A stretch of 62,505 nucleotides of DNA, filler included, from an uncultured Myxococcia bacterium (GCA_964617105.1; 19 parts of 19 records of this genome joined end to end with filler, not necessarily neighbours in it), one strand, 5' to 3'; numbered from the whole stretch's first letter, positions 48,798-60,085 are shown. The notes: generated from the sequence alone by a model not told the origin. Numbers and translations are program-made.

Positions 48798-49139
48798 TTG
48801 CCCCACTACTACCGTGAACTGCTGACGGCGCTGGTCCCCAATCTGGATCGGGATTTCACCACTTTAAAGGCCTGGATTTCGGTGGCGCCTTTGCTGGGTT
48901 TACTGGGCACCGTGGTGGGCATGGTGGATACCTTTGACGTGATCAACACCTTTGGTATTGGCAATCCTCATCTAATGGCCCAGGGTATCAGCAAAGCCCT
49001 GCTCACCACCCAGGCGGGGTTGACAGTAGCATTTCCGGCGCTGATTTTTCAACTTTTTTTAGCCAATCGAAAAAAGATATTGGTTCAATTGCTACAAAGG
49101 GATGAAAAGGTTATTGCCCAAAAACTTGAGGATCGGTAG
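48798..49139 (+). pseudogene. exbB: 5'-truncated MotA/TolQ/ExbB-family gene
   Basis: APLLGLLGTVVGM...GISKALLTTQAGL present; in-frame TAA at 48765, so the first TM region is missing. Confidence 0.65.
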
Positions 49140-49188
49140 CCGGATGATAAGTAAATTTTGGTACGCCAACCATATATAAGAGAGAATT

Positions 49189-49602
49189 ATGAGTGAAGAT
49201 TTCAGGATATTGAAGCAGGAGGATGACACTGCTGATATCAATATGGGGCCATTGATCGATATGGTTTTTATCTTATTGATATTTTTCGTCATCACCACCA
49301 ACTTCACCCGCCAAACCGGTATTGATGTAACCAAACCCAAAGCTCAAACAGCAGTTTCTAAGGGGCAGAAAGTGCTACTGGTGGGGATTTCCAGGGAGGG
49401 CACCATCCATGTTTATGGCCGGCAAGTGAGTCTGCAACGGTTACAGGCGTTGATACAGGAGGAGATTCTGAAGAGGCCGGATATGTCGGTGGTGATTGTC
49501 TCTGATAGGCAGGCAGAATTAGGAAAAGCAGTGGAGGTGATGGACAGGTGCGCTCTAGGGGGGGCCAAAAAGGTCTCCCTTTCTGCTAAAAAGGATGGTT
49601 AA
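49189..49602 (+). CDS. exbD: ExbD/TolR protein
   Basis: INMGPLIDMVFILLIFF. Confidence 0.92.
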   Translation: MSEDFRILKQEDDTADINMGPLIDMVFILLIFFVITTNFTRQTGIDVTKPKAQTAVSKGQKVLLVGISREGTIHVYGRQVSLQRLQALIQEEILKRPDMSVVIVSDRQAELGKAVEVMDRCALGGAKKVSLSAKKDG

Positions 49603-49607
49603 TTCCC

Positions 49608-49869
49608 GTGCAAAGGGCAGTAGATCTATTTACAGATATATTTTTAGGTACAGTCAGGTTCTTGGGAGCCCTGGTGGTGAGTTACCTTTTCTTTATACTG
49701 ATCCCGGTTCTCCATGCCCTGTTTGGCAATGATATTCAAGCCCAATCGGATCAACTAAATAGTCATAAAATTGTTGCCCAGGTGGTCAAAAAAGAGGAGA
49801 AGAAAAAAAAGCAGGAGAAGAGGCGGATCCGTAAGGTGCATTCAGACAAAATGCGCCGGAACATGAGCG
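49608..49869 (+). CDS. Probable TonB energy transducer N-terminus, 3'-partial
   Basis: Follows exbD; single TM then a Lys/Glu-rich spacer. Confidence 0.6.
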
Positions 49870-49969
49870 NNNNNNNNNNNNNNNNNNNNNNNNNNNNNNN
49901 NNNNNNNNNNNNNTTAATTAATTAANNNNNNNNNNNNNNNNNNNNNNNNNNNNNNNNNNNNNNNNNNNN

Positions 49970-50311
49970 TTTACTTACGTTTCGGAAAATTTTCCTTATT
50001 TCACACACACCAACTTTGTCATCAAATATAATCACCACCTGAGAAAGCCCGGTTTTGGAGAGGGAGCGCACCATTTTGACATCCGGCAATCCCCCCATCA
50101 CCCATTCAATGGGAAAGGTGATCTGCTGTTCAACATCAACCGGCCCCAACCCTTCAGCCTCGGTAAGTATCATCACCTGCTGATTGGTAACATCAGGAAA
50201 AGCATCTACCGGCAAACGAAACCATGAAATAGCCCCTAAAATAATTAAAATAATCGCGCCAATACCTACCATCATCCTTTGGCGCAGTAAAAATTCCAAT
50301 AAATTCGACAT
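49970..50311 (-). CDS. CusA/CzcA heavy-metal RND permease, N-terminal fragment
   Basis: RBS GGAGG; LPVDAFPDVTNQQV, VEQQITFPIE, RSLSKTGLSQV; similarity is lost in the last 42 nt of the contig. Confidence 0.88.
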
Positions 50312-50343
50312 CAAAAAATCCTCCCAGCATCCAGCATCTAATT

Positions 50344-51747
50344 CTAATCTGCACACCCCGCTCCCATTTTGGAACGTAGCACATCCGATTTCATCAAAAA
50401 GGCACCTTCAGAAACCACGGTTTCATCCCCCTTTAACCCTTTATTGATCTCCATAAAACCTTCAATGGTCAACCCGGTTACTACCGGTCGTCTCACGTAA
50501 TAGTCATTTCGATAATGAACAAATATAAATGACCGTCCCTGATCCTCCATCACTGCACTTTCGGGTAGGGTAAGCACCTGCCTCTGTCCAGGAAGAATAA
50601 TCTTTACCCGGGCAAACATCCCGGCTAACAAACGTTTTTTAGGGTTTGGAACGGTGATCCGAATTTTCACAGTGCGGGACAGTTCACTCATGGAGGGGCT
50701 GATAAAATCGACAGTCCCCGGAAATTGCTCTCCAGGGAAAGCCTTAACTTCAACCTGAGCAAAGAGTTGCTGCCGGGTTTGTTCCTGGGTAACCAGGGCT
50801 ATGTCTCGTTCATAGAGGTCTGCCCACACCCATAAGGTGGAGTTGTCTCCCACGGTGATCAGCGGTGTTGCTGACCGGGCTATTTCACCGGCTACTGCAT
50901 GCATCTTTAGCACCATGCCTTTGGCTGGAGCGCGCAAGATCAGCCGCCCCATTGAACTTTCAGAAATTATAGCATTGGCAATAGCCGTGGTCATCCCTAA
51001 ACGTTTGAGTTTTCCCAGAGCCGCATCGGTCCTGATCTGGGCCGCATCTAACTCCTGGGTTGATTTGAATAGTTCCTTTTCAGAAGAGATCCCCTCTTTA
51101 CGCAGGGTCTGCAACCGAAAATGATTTCTTTTGGCCAGTTTTAGCATAGCCTGAGCCTCAAGATATGCTGCCTGGGCTTCACCCAACTCCACCGATTCAA
51201 TCTCTATTAGGGACTGGCCAGGCTTGACCTGGTCACCAAGCATAATGTAAACTTTTCTGATGATTCCTTCTACTTGTGTACTCACATGAGCCACTCGCCG
51301 TTGGTCAAATCGAACTTCACCGGTCAGGCTTAGCGGAACCGTTACTCTCTTCAAATTGGCCTTGATCTTTTTGAGTAATCCACACTTAAACAGGTTATCG
51401 GAGGCTTTGACCACCCCCACCTCATATCGGCATTCATCACATTTATGAGTTCTGATATTGTGTTCACAGGTGGCGGAAAACAGTTGAGGGATCGGTTTAT
51501 CCAGATCAGCACTGAGCTCCTGATGTTCGTGGCCGTGCCCTTGGTGTCCCTGCCCACCGTGCTCATGTCCCAGATCTCCCTCACTTTGGTGATCATTTTC
51601 ATTGAGTGTCTGTTCCTGGTGCTTATTATTTTTCTGGTCAAGATTGGGCTCAGAAGGATGCTCATGTTTATCTTTTGAACAGCCAATTAAGGTTGTAGTC
51701 ATAATAATCAAAGTGATGATATATAGTTTTTTTATTAAATAACTCAT
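50344..51747 (-). CDS. CzcB/CusB membrane-fusion lipoprotein with His/Cys-rich N-terminus
   Basis: Lipobox LIGC; His-rich tract; CEH-x5-CDEC; LRAP, LWVWADLYE, LLAGMFA. Confidence 0.9.
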   Translation of the reverse strand: MSYLIKKLYIITLIIMTTTLIGCSKDKHEHPSEPNLDQKNNKHQEQTLNENDHQSEGDLGHEHGGQGHQGHGHEHQELSADLDKPIPQLFSATCEHNIRTHKCDECRYEVGVVKASDNLFKCGLLKKIKANLKRVTVPLSLTGEVRFDQRRVAHVSTQVEGIIRKVYIMLGDQVKPGQSLIEIESVELGEAQAAYLEAQAMLKLAKRNHFRLQTLRKEGISSEKELFKSTQELDAAQIRTDAALGKLKRLGMTTAIANAIISESSMGRLILRAPAKGMVLKMHAVAGEIARSATPLITVGDNSTLWVWADLYERDIALVTQEQTRQQLFAQVEVKAFPGEQFPGTVDFISPSMSELSRTVKIRITVPNPKKRLLAGMFARVKIILPGQRQVLTLPESAVMEDQGRSFIFVHYRNDYYVRRPVVTGLTIEGFMEINKGLKGDETVVSEGAFLMKSDVLRSKMGAGCAD

Positions 51748-53050
51748 GGTAACTCTTCTCCTAAAATTATCCTTAGACCATGGCAGTCAGTCTGGGCTCC
51801 AATAAATATATCGATGAAGCGAAGTTTGGTTTCCAACAGGGTACGGCGGGCGTCAACCAACTCTAGCATCCTCACCTCGCCCAGGTTGTAAGTCTTCTCA
51901 ATGGTTTTTACCACTGATCTGGCTAAGGGCAGAATTTTATCCTTAAATCTTCTGGCCTGATTTATACCAGATTGGCAGGCAGTTTGAGATTCCATTGTTA
52001 AAGATTCTATCTCCCTTTTACTGGCAATGAGATGCAGTTTTTCGGCGGCTAAAATTTTTTGGGCATATTGAATATTGCCTGCATTCCAATTCCACAACGG
52101 TAGATCAATCGAAACCCCAATACCATAGGCTTTGCGGTCAAGTTCGTGGTCCACAAAGGCTTCCATGGAAAAAGAAGGAATACGGTTTTTATATTCCAGG
52201 TCGACTTTAGCAGAAAAAGAGCGAACTCGAGCCATGGCAGCCAGAATTTCCGGATGATTTTTCAGGGATGTTTCAATAGCCAGGGTTTTAGTAAAGGGCT
52301 GAGGAATGGCGGTAAGATCTGCTACAGCCTTCAGATTTGTGTCAGCACCAACTCCAAGCCATAGGGCTAACTTAGTTGCAGACACCTCCAGGTCTGATAT
52401 TGCGGCCTCTAATTTTCCAAAGATATTTTCTGCCTCCATCTCCACCAGAAAGGCCTCTACCGGACGAGATTCGCCAATCTCCACTCGCCGTCTTACAGTT
52501 TGTAACAACAGCTTGGTTTGATTGCTTAATTCACTTAAAATATCTGCCCGTTCTTGATAATAGATCAATTTCCAAAACAATTGATTCAACTGAACTAAAA
52601 CTTGATAGCGTAAAGTTTTGGTTTCCGCCTCAATGGTTTGGACTTCCGCTTTGGCCATGGCTACTCTGGAGTTAATCTTAATCATCCAATCAAGAGGAAT
52701 GGATAGAGCGAGTCCCCATTCGACCCGGCTTTCAGAGTTGTCAAGGGCTTTTCCATAGGCAGTAGATGTTTCTAAACTGGGATTTGGAAAAGCGCTTGCC
52801 GCCGCTACTTCTGCCTGTGCAGCTTCAACTTTAAAATAATTTGCTCCGATTTGTGGATGTTTGTCCACCAACTTTACTATATCTGGCCAACTGATATTGA
52901 GTCGGCCTTCATTAAGTATGGACTTTTTATCTTTCGGCATTAAGAGTTGGTGTTCTTTAGAGGATGCTATTGAGGCTGTAGATGATAATATTGATAAAAA
53001 TATCACCATATAAAATATCACTGCCAAAAACAGATTGTGTAATGATAATT
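51744..53050 (-). CDS. CzcC/TolC outer-membrane efflux protein (start at or beyond the contig edge)
   Basis: FPNPSL, SIDLPLWNWNAG, YNLGEVRMLELVDARR; operon order C-B-A. Confidence 0.88.
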
Positions 53051-53150
53051 NNNNNNNNNNNNNNNNNNNNNNNNNNNNNNNNNNNNNNNNNNNNTTAATT
53101 AATTAANNNNNNNNNNNNNNNNNNNNNNNNNNNNNNNNNNNNNNNNNNNN

Positions 53151-53895
53151 CCAAAGTTACTCCCTGGTAAACCCTAACATTCTTGCCAATAATACAGGTC
53201 TCACCAATAACAATGCCGGTACCGTGATCCATAAAAAACTTCTCATCTATCTGAGCGCCGGGATGGATATCAATGCCGGTTTCCGAATGGGCAATCTCAG
53301 AGATAATCCTGGGAATCAGCGGCGCATCCAAACGATAGAGTTCGTGGGCGATACGATGATTGGAGATGGCCCTAAGGCTGGGGTAACAAAAAATGGTTTC
53401 TCCCGGTTGCTTGGCAGCTGGATCACCTTCAAATGCTGCCTGCACATCAGTGGCCAAAATCCTCCTGATTCGAGGCAGTTCATTAAACAGTTTTTCGGTA
53501 ATCCGCAAGGCCTCCTCCTTGCATTTGGAGCAATCTTTATTGGCAGCCTCAGTGCAGGCAAAACAGTATCCTCGATTAATCTGTTCTGCCAATTTACGAT
53601 AAGCCTCATCCAACGCCACCCCCATATAAAAGGACATATTGTCTCTCTTAACTTCCGAAGGGCCAAAATAGCCGGGAAAGAATATCTGCCTGAACAGGGA
53701 GATAACTTCGGTCAACTCTGCTACCGATGGCAGAGGTTTATCAATATTCCGGCGGTGAGCATAAGAATCGTACCACTCTTTTGAGCACATCTCAGCGGCT
53801 AATTTCTCAATTAAAGAGAAGTTATTAATTTTTTCATAGGCCAGTTTCAAAGTTGGCTGAACAGATTCCATCTTTTTTGGGTTTGATTTGTCCAT
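53151..53895 (-). CDS. cysE: Serine O-acetyltransferase, 3'-partial
   Basis: AFEGDPAA, HRIAHEL, TGIDIHPGA, DHGTGIVIGET, YQGVTL. Confidence 0.93.
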
Positions 53896-53899
53896 TGGT

Positions 53900-55003
53900 T
53901 TAACCTCCATCTAAAGAATTCTCAATGATGCCTCCTCCCAACACCCGGTGGGCTGAGTACAATACCACTGATTGCCCGGGTGTAACCGCCAGTTGAGGTT
54001 CCTTAAAAATTACATCCAGCCTCTCTCCGTCCAATATTTTAGCTTGGGCAGCGGCGCCCGGGCTTTTGATCCTAATTTTTGCGGTAACCTCCCGGCCAGA
54101 ACCGATATTTTCAGCAGTAGTCTGGCTGATATGGGCGGCAATAAGCCCCCGGGAAAAAATGGACTCCTTTTTGGCCACCACAATCTGATTTTTTTGAGCA
54201 TCTATTCTCTCAACATACAGGGGCCAGGGACTTTGGATGCCCAATCCTTTCCGCTGCCCCACAGTATAATGAATTATCCCCCGGTGTTTACCCAAAACCT
54301 TCCCATCCTGATCCACAATCTCCCCGGGCCTCACCTGGTCGGGAGTAAAGAGAGGCGAATAATCGCCTCCAGCAATAAAATCCTGGCTCTCCGGAAGTTC
54401 TGCGGTATGGAGGCCAAACTTTCTAGCCACCTCCCTTACTTCCACCTTGGTGTAATCGCCCAGAGGAAAAATAATACGAGCCAACTGTTCCTGAGTAAGG
54501 GCATATAGAAAATAGGACTGATCCTTACTGTTGTCCCTGGCTTTGGCAAGATAATATCGTTCTTCATCTCTCTCGATCCGGGCATAATGGCCGGTGGCAA
54601 AATAGTCAGTCTTAAATCCTGCCTGGCCCGCCCGCTGTGATAGAAAATCAAATTTTAACCGCTGGTTACAGATCACACAGGGATTGGGAGTCCGGCCGGC
54701 TAAATACTCGCTCCTGAAATAGGTCAGCACATGCTGGCTGAACTCCTTCCGCAAATCCACGGCACAAAAAGGGATTGACAGTTTCTGGCAAACCTGGGCA
54801 GCAGCCTCCATATCCTCCTCTTCACCCGGTCCGTAGCAGGCATGCCGGGCATTCTCTTCCAGTTTCAACTCCTCTCCGTATATAGTCATAAACAAGCCGG
54901 TCACCTGGTATCCCTGTTCCAGCAGCAGAGCGGCTGCCACTGAGGAATCAACTCCTCCACTTAATCCCACTCCTACATTAATTTTCTTTTTGCTATTGGT
55001 CAT
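53900..55003 (-). CDS. mnmA: tRNA 2-thiouridylase MnmA
   Basis: SGGVDSS, TPNPCVICN, ATGHY, KDQSYFL, YTVGQRKGL, VTPGQS. Confidence 0.96.
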   Translation of the reverse strand: MTNSKKKINVGVGLSGGVDSSVAAALLLEQGYQVTGLFMTIYGEELKLEENARHACYGPGEEEDMEAAAQVCQKLSIPFCAVDLRKEFSQHVLTYFRSEYLAGRTPNPCVICNQRLKFDFLSQRAGQAGFKTDYFATGHYARIERDEERYYLAKARDNSKDQSYFLYALTQEQLARIIFPLGDYTKVEVREVARKFGLHTAELPESQDFIAGGDYSPLFTPDQVRPGEIVDQDGKVLGKHRGIIHYTVGQRKGLGIQSPWPLYVERIDAQKNQIVVAKKESIFSRGLIAAHISQTTAENIGSGREVTAKIRIKSPGAAAQAKILDGERLDVIFKEPQLAVTPGQSVVLYSAHRVLGGGIIENSLDGG

Positions 55004-55036
55004 GGTTCTCAGGTGTAATTTACAGTTAACTCTCTT

Positions 55037-56095
55037 TTATTTACAAAGATCCAGCATCATCTGAAGGGCTCGGGCAGCTCCCTTTCTGACCTTCTCCTCT
55101 ACAGTGATCTGCTGGGAAAGGGGAAACTCCTCCAACAGTTGAGATAAATTCTGCAGATTGATCCTGAACATATTGGGACACAAAGAACGATCCAACTCAT
55201 AGATATTTTTATCCGGGTATTGATCATGTATCCGTCTGATCATATTGATCTCAGTTCCTATCAGGATGGTTTCACCTGGTTGGGCATTATCCACTGTATC
55301 AACGATAAAGCGGGTAGAGCCAGCAGCATCAGCCGCCTGAACCACGGGATATGGGCATTCCGGATGAACAATAATTTTGGCGTTGGGAAACTTTTTACGT
55401 CCCTTCTCTATCATCTCCACCTTAAAATGGGTGTGAACATGACAGTGACCGTCCCAAAGGATAGCCCGGCAGTTTTCCATACTTTCCAAATCCTCCAATA
55501 CCTGGAAATTGGGATCGCGATACTCCCACAGACGAATATCTTTATCGTCAACTTCCAAAGTTTTCAGGGTGTTGTACCCCAGATGGCGATCCGGCAAAAA
55601 CAATATGGCTTTGTCTTGAGAAAAAACCCATTTGAAAATCAATTCTGCATTGGAAGAGGTGCAGACAGATCCGCCTCGTTCACCACAAAAAGCCTTTATC
55701 TCTGAAGATGAATTCATATAGGTTACTGGCACAAACTTTTTTTCCATCCCCTGGCTTTTCAATTGGTTCCATAGTATCTCTACATCCTCGAGGGAGGACA
55801 TATCAGCCATGGGGCAACCGGCCCGGGTATCGGGCATATATACCTGCTGGCCCGGCCCGGCCAGGGTGGCGGCTGCTTCTGCCATAAAATGAACTCCACA
55901 AAAAACTATGATCTCCGCTACCTGGCTAGAAGCCGCCTGGCGGGCCAATTCAAAAGAATCCCCCTTGTAGTCGCCCAGGGAGACTATTTCGGGCCGTTGA
56001 TAATGATGGGTTAAAATTAGCAGTTTCTCGCCCATCTTCTGTTTGATTGATACAATTTTTTTATATAGTTCTTTTTCCTGTTGGTCCAATTCCAT
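55037..56095 (-). CDS. nadA: Quinolinate synthase NadA
   Basis: HHYQ, FCGVHFMAE, AGCPMAD, YMNS, CTSSNA, CHVH, HPEC, CPNM. Confidence 0.96.
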   Translation of the reverse strand: MELDQQEKELYKKIVSIKQKMGEKLLILTHHYQRPEIVSLGDYKGDSFELARQAASSQVAEIIVFCGVHFMAEAAATLAGPGQQVYMPDTRAGCPMADMSSLEDVEILWNQLKSQGMEKKFVPVTYMNSSSEIKAFCGERGGSVCTSSNAELIFKWVFSQDKAILFLPDRHLGYNTLKTLEVDDKDIRLWEYRDPNFQVLEDLESMENCRAILWDGHCHVHTHFKVEMIEKGRKKFPNAKIIVHPECPYPVVQAADAAGSTRFIVDTVDNAQPGETILIGTEINMIRRIHDQYPDKNIYELDRSLCPNMFRINLQNLSQLLEEFPLSQQITVEEKVRKGAARALQMMLDLCK

Positions 56096-56146
56096 AATTT
56101 CACCTTGTTTTCATCAAATTAGTACCCGCCAGACAATTCAATATTC

Positions 56147-56227
56147 ATAGAACCGCTGCGAAAACCTTCCAAATCCAGAGATAGATAAGGATAGCCAATC
56201 TTTCGAAGTTTTTCGCAGCGGTTCTAT
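56147..56227. mobile_element. MITE: about 75-nt element with long terminal inverted repeats, flanked by TA
   Basis: ATAGAACCGCTGCGAAAACCTTC ... GAAGTTTTTCGCAGCGGTTCTAT (22/23 complementary); the contig ends exactly at the element. Confidence 0.75.
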
Positions 56228-56327
56228 NNNNNNNNNNNNNNNNNNNNNNNNNNNNNNNNNNNNNNNNNNNNTTAATTAATTAANNNNNNNNNNNNNNNNN
56301 NNNNNNNNNNNNNNNNNNNNNNNNNNN

Positions 56328-57092
56328 GGACTGATAGGTGACTCCAGGGCAGTGGAAATACTTATCCAAAGTATGGAAGATAAAAAAATTCGCCTCACGG
56401 TAATCGATTCTTTAGGCAAAATACACAATAAAATGGCCGTAGACGCCTTACTGGACGCCGTGGCCAGCAATGATAGCGATATCCGGTTCAGTGCTGCTGT
56501 CGCCCTGGGACAGTCGGAAGACAAACGAGCCATAACTCCGCTTATAAAATTGCTTCAAAATGAAGGGGAAAACCAGGAGTTGAGATTTTATGCCACTATC
56601 TCTTTGGGCAACCTAAAGGCAAAAGAAGCTGAAAATACTCTAATAAAATTGCTCTCCCTCAAAAACACCAACCTCGATCTTTGCCTGGGCGCTGCAATAG
56701 CCCTGGGTAACCTGGACTCTAAAAAGGCGGTAGAGCCGTTGATAGAACTTTTTAACTCCCAGGGCACCAATATCAAGTGTAGAATTGCCAAAATACTGGG
56801 CCAGTTGGAGAACAAAAAGGCGGTAGAGCCGTTGATGCAGGCTCTGAGTAATAATAGCAAGCGAGTTAGAGAAGAATCAGCCAAAGCGCTGGTCAAAATC
56901 GGAACCCCGGCAGTGCCACCTCTTTTAAAAGCCATGGAAACCGATGATCACAACTTAATTAAAGAGATAATACCTATCCTTGAACAACTGGATGATAAAA
57001 AATCGATAAATCAACTGATTAAAATACTGGATCACCCCGATGAGTCAATTACGTTGCTGGCCGCCCGGGCACTTGCTAATATAGAAATATAA
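56328..57092 (+). CDS. HEAT-repeat (PBS lyase-like) protein, 5'-partial
   Basis: Tandem ALG..D.KAVEPL repeats. Confidence 0.9.
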   Translation, partial: GLIGDSRAVEILIQSMEDKKIRLTVIDSLGKIHNKMAVDALLDAVASNDSDIRFSAAVALGQSEDKRAITPLIKLLQNEGENQELRFYATISLGNLKAKEAENTLIKLLSLKNTNLDLCLGAAIALGNLDSKKAVEPLIELFNSQGTNIKCRIAKILGQLENKKAVEPLMQALSNNSKRVREESAKALVKIGTPAVPPLLKAMETDDHNLIKEIIPILEQLDDKKSINQLIKILDHPDESITLLAARALANIEI

Positions 57093-57098
57093 GGGCGC

Positions 57099-59367
57099 TT
57101 AGACTTTTGAGATAACCATCCCTCCGATCTCTCCAGCAGATACCTTAATTTTATCCCCATCTTTAAAATCACCAGCGATCAATTTAGTTGAAAGAGGATC
57201 CACCAGACGGTGCTGGATTACTCTTTTCAGCGGCCGGGCGCCAAAATCAGGATCATAACCCTCACTGGCCACGCGGTTGAGTGCCTCTTCATCCAATTCC
57301 AGAGTTATATTTCTCTGCTGGAGTTTATCCTGCACCTGTTGCAGTTGAATTTTTACTATTTTTCGTAAATCCTCCTGGTCCAGGGTGGAGAACACCACTA
57401 TGTCATCGATGCGATTGATAAATTCTGGACGAAAATATTTTCTCATCTCTCCCATAGCCATCTTTTCCATGGCCTTCAACGACTGCTGGTTGGCAACCAT
57501 CTCCTGGATCTTGCTACCTGCCAGGTTGGAAGTCATAATAATAACCGTATTTTTAAAATCCACGGTTTTGCCCTGCCCTGAAGTGAGCCGGCCTTCATCC
57601 AAAATTTGCAAAAGCAGGTTTAGAACATCGTTATGGGCTTTTTCAATCTCATCAAATAGAACCACCGAGTAGGGCTTCCTCCTCACCAATTCTGTCAAGT
57701 ATCCTCCCTGATCATAACCCACGTACCCAGGAGGTGCCCCAATCAACCTGGCCACCGAGTGCATCTCCATGTATTCGCTCATGTCGATCCGGGCTATAGC
57801 CTGATCATCGTCAAAAAGAAATTCGGCCAAAGCCTTCACCAGTTCTGTCTTGCCTACTCCCGTGGGGCCGAGAAAAATAAAACTACCAATGGGCCGGTTG
57901 ATATCCTGCAGCCCTGCTCTGGCTCGGCGAATCGCATTAGCCACCAAAGAGATAGCCTTGTCCTGTCCCACCACCCTCTGTCTGAGCTTTTCCTCCATCT
58001 GCAATAATTTATCCTTTTCACCTTCCAACATCTTTTCCACTGGTATGCCGGTCCAGGAGGCTACAATTGCGGCGATATCTGCTTCGCTCACCTCCTCTTT
58101 TACCAATCTCTCCCCTTTTTGAATATCGCTCAACTTCTGGTTTAAAGTCCCAATCTGCTTAATTTTATCGGGAAACCGGCCATATTTAATTTCCGATGCC
58201 CCGGCAAAATCACCTTGCTTTTGGGATCTCTGCTCCTCAAATTTCAGTTGGTCCATCTCCTCTTTCAAAACGCCAATTTGCTTAATTATCTCCTTCTCCC
58301 TCTCCCAACGCTCCCTTAATTCAGCGCTTTTCATCTCCAGGAGAGAAATCTCCTGGTCTATTTTTTCAATCCGTTCTGCACAAAGGGCCGGGTCCTCTTT
58401 GGCCAAATTCTGCCGTTCCATTTGCAGTTGGATAGTTTTTCTCTCCAAATTATCCAGGTCGGTGGGCAGGCTGTCTATTTCCATACGAATTCGGGCAGCG
58501 GCTTCATCAATCAGGTCAATAGCCTTGTCCGGCAAAAATCGGTCGTTAATGTAACGGTTGCTAAGAGAGGCCGCAGCCACAATAGCGTCATCCAAAATGC
58601 GCACCCCATGATGAATCTCATATTTTCCTTTTAGGCCTCTTAAAATGGAAATAGTTTCCTCAACACTGGGCGGGTCAATGACAATAGGCTGAAAACGGCG
58701 TTCTAAAGCAGCGTCTTTTTCTATATGTTTGCGGTATTCTTCCAGGGTGGTGGCACCCAGGCAATGCAACTCGCCCCGAGCCAGTGCTGGTTTAAGCATA
58801 TTGGAGGCGTCCATTGCCCCCTCCGCCGCCCCGGCTCCTACCATGGTGTGCAACTCATCGATAAACAAAATCACTTCACCATCAGCCTCAGTAACTTCCT
58901 TAAGCAACGCCTTTAGCCGGTCTTCAAATTCTCCCCGGTATTTGGCTCCGGCGATCAGCATCCCCAAATCCAAGGATAAAAGTCGCCGGTTTTTAAGGCT
59001 TTCCGGAACATCACCCCGCACAATTCTTTGAGCCAGACCTTCGATAATGGCGGTTTTGCCAACCCCGGGTTCGCCAATTAAAACCGGGTTATTTTTTGTC
59101 CGCCTGGCCAAAACCTGTATTGAACGCCGGATCTCCTTATCGCGTCCGATTACCGGATCCAACTTCCCTTTGGCTGCCATTGCAGTGAAATCACGGCAAT
59201 ACCGCTCTAAAGCCTGGTACCGTCCTTCAGGATTTTGGTCTGTCACCCGCTGGTTTCCCCTTACTTCTTTAATCGCAGACAAAAGTTTACCTTTATCTAA
59301 TCCCAAATCTTGAAAAATCTTTTTAATTTTACCATTTTCCATCTCCGCCATGGCTAATAAAACATGT
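57099..59367 (-). CDS. clpB: Chaperone ClpB, 5'-partial
   Basis: [14 protein letters not shown], coiled-coil M domain, [30 protein letters not shown]. Confidence 0.97.
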
Positions 59368-59467
59368 NNNNNNNNNNNNNNNNNNNNNNNNNNNNNNNNN
59401 NNNNNNNNNNNTTAATTAATTAANNNNNNNNNNNNNNNNNNNNNNNNNNNNNNNNNNNNNNNNNNNN

Positions 59468-60085
59468 TTGGGTTTTTATCCAATACAGTCCGGACAGATT
59501 TTGATCAACGGACGTCCTCAAGAACTATGGGATCTGCAGGAGTTACGCTTCCTCTTTTCCGTGGTTCAGCAAGAGGTATCTCTATTTAATGGTAGCGCCC
59601 GAGAGAACCTTTCTCTTTTTGACAGTAATATGGATGAAAAAAAATTAAGGAGAGCTTTGGCCAACACCCATTGCCGTTTTGCCCTGGGTTCCTATGGATT
59701 GGATAAGAATTTAATCGGCCAGGGCTGCAATCTCTCTTATGGTGAAAGACAACTTTTGGCCTTTGCCCGCTGTCTGGCTTTTGACCGGCCAGTTTTACTT
59801 TTAGATGAGGCTACTTCATCCATTGACTCTGGAACTGAAAAATTGGTTACAGATGCTTTAGAAAAGACACTGGCTGGTAAAACAGCCCTGATGGTAGCGC
59901 ACCGGCTCTCTACTATCAAACGCGCAGATAGGATTTTGGTAATTGCCAATGGTGGTTTGGTCCAGGAAGGAAAACACGAAACTCTTTTAACCCAGGAGGG
60001 AATTTATAGAGATTTCTGGCAGTTACAGGAGTTAGGATTTAGGGCTCGCTCAGATAGCCCTAAAGATATTTATTCTTTATCATAG
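59468..60085 (+). CDS. ABC exporter ATP-binding domain, 5'-partial
   Basis: LSYGERQ signature, LLLDEATS, VAHRLST. Confidence 0.92.
   Translation: MGFYPIQSGQILINGRPQELWDLQELRFLFSVVQQEVSLFNGSARENLSLFDSNMDEKKLRRALANTHCRFALGSYGLDKNLIGQGCNLSYGERQLLAFARCLAFDRPVLLLDEATSSIDSGTEKLVTDALEKTLAGKTALMVAHRLSTIKRADRILVIANGGLVQEGKHETLLTQEGIYRDFWQLQELGFRARSDSPKDIYSLS

Noticed and set aside
3309-59467. Regularly spaced TTAATTAATTAA motif as a biological repeat or CRISPR array
   Set aside because: Always embedded in N-runs of fixed length between size-sorted contigs; it is an artificial linker. ORFs ending in X...LIN are artefacts of it.
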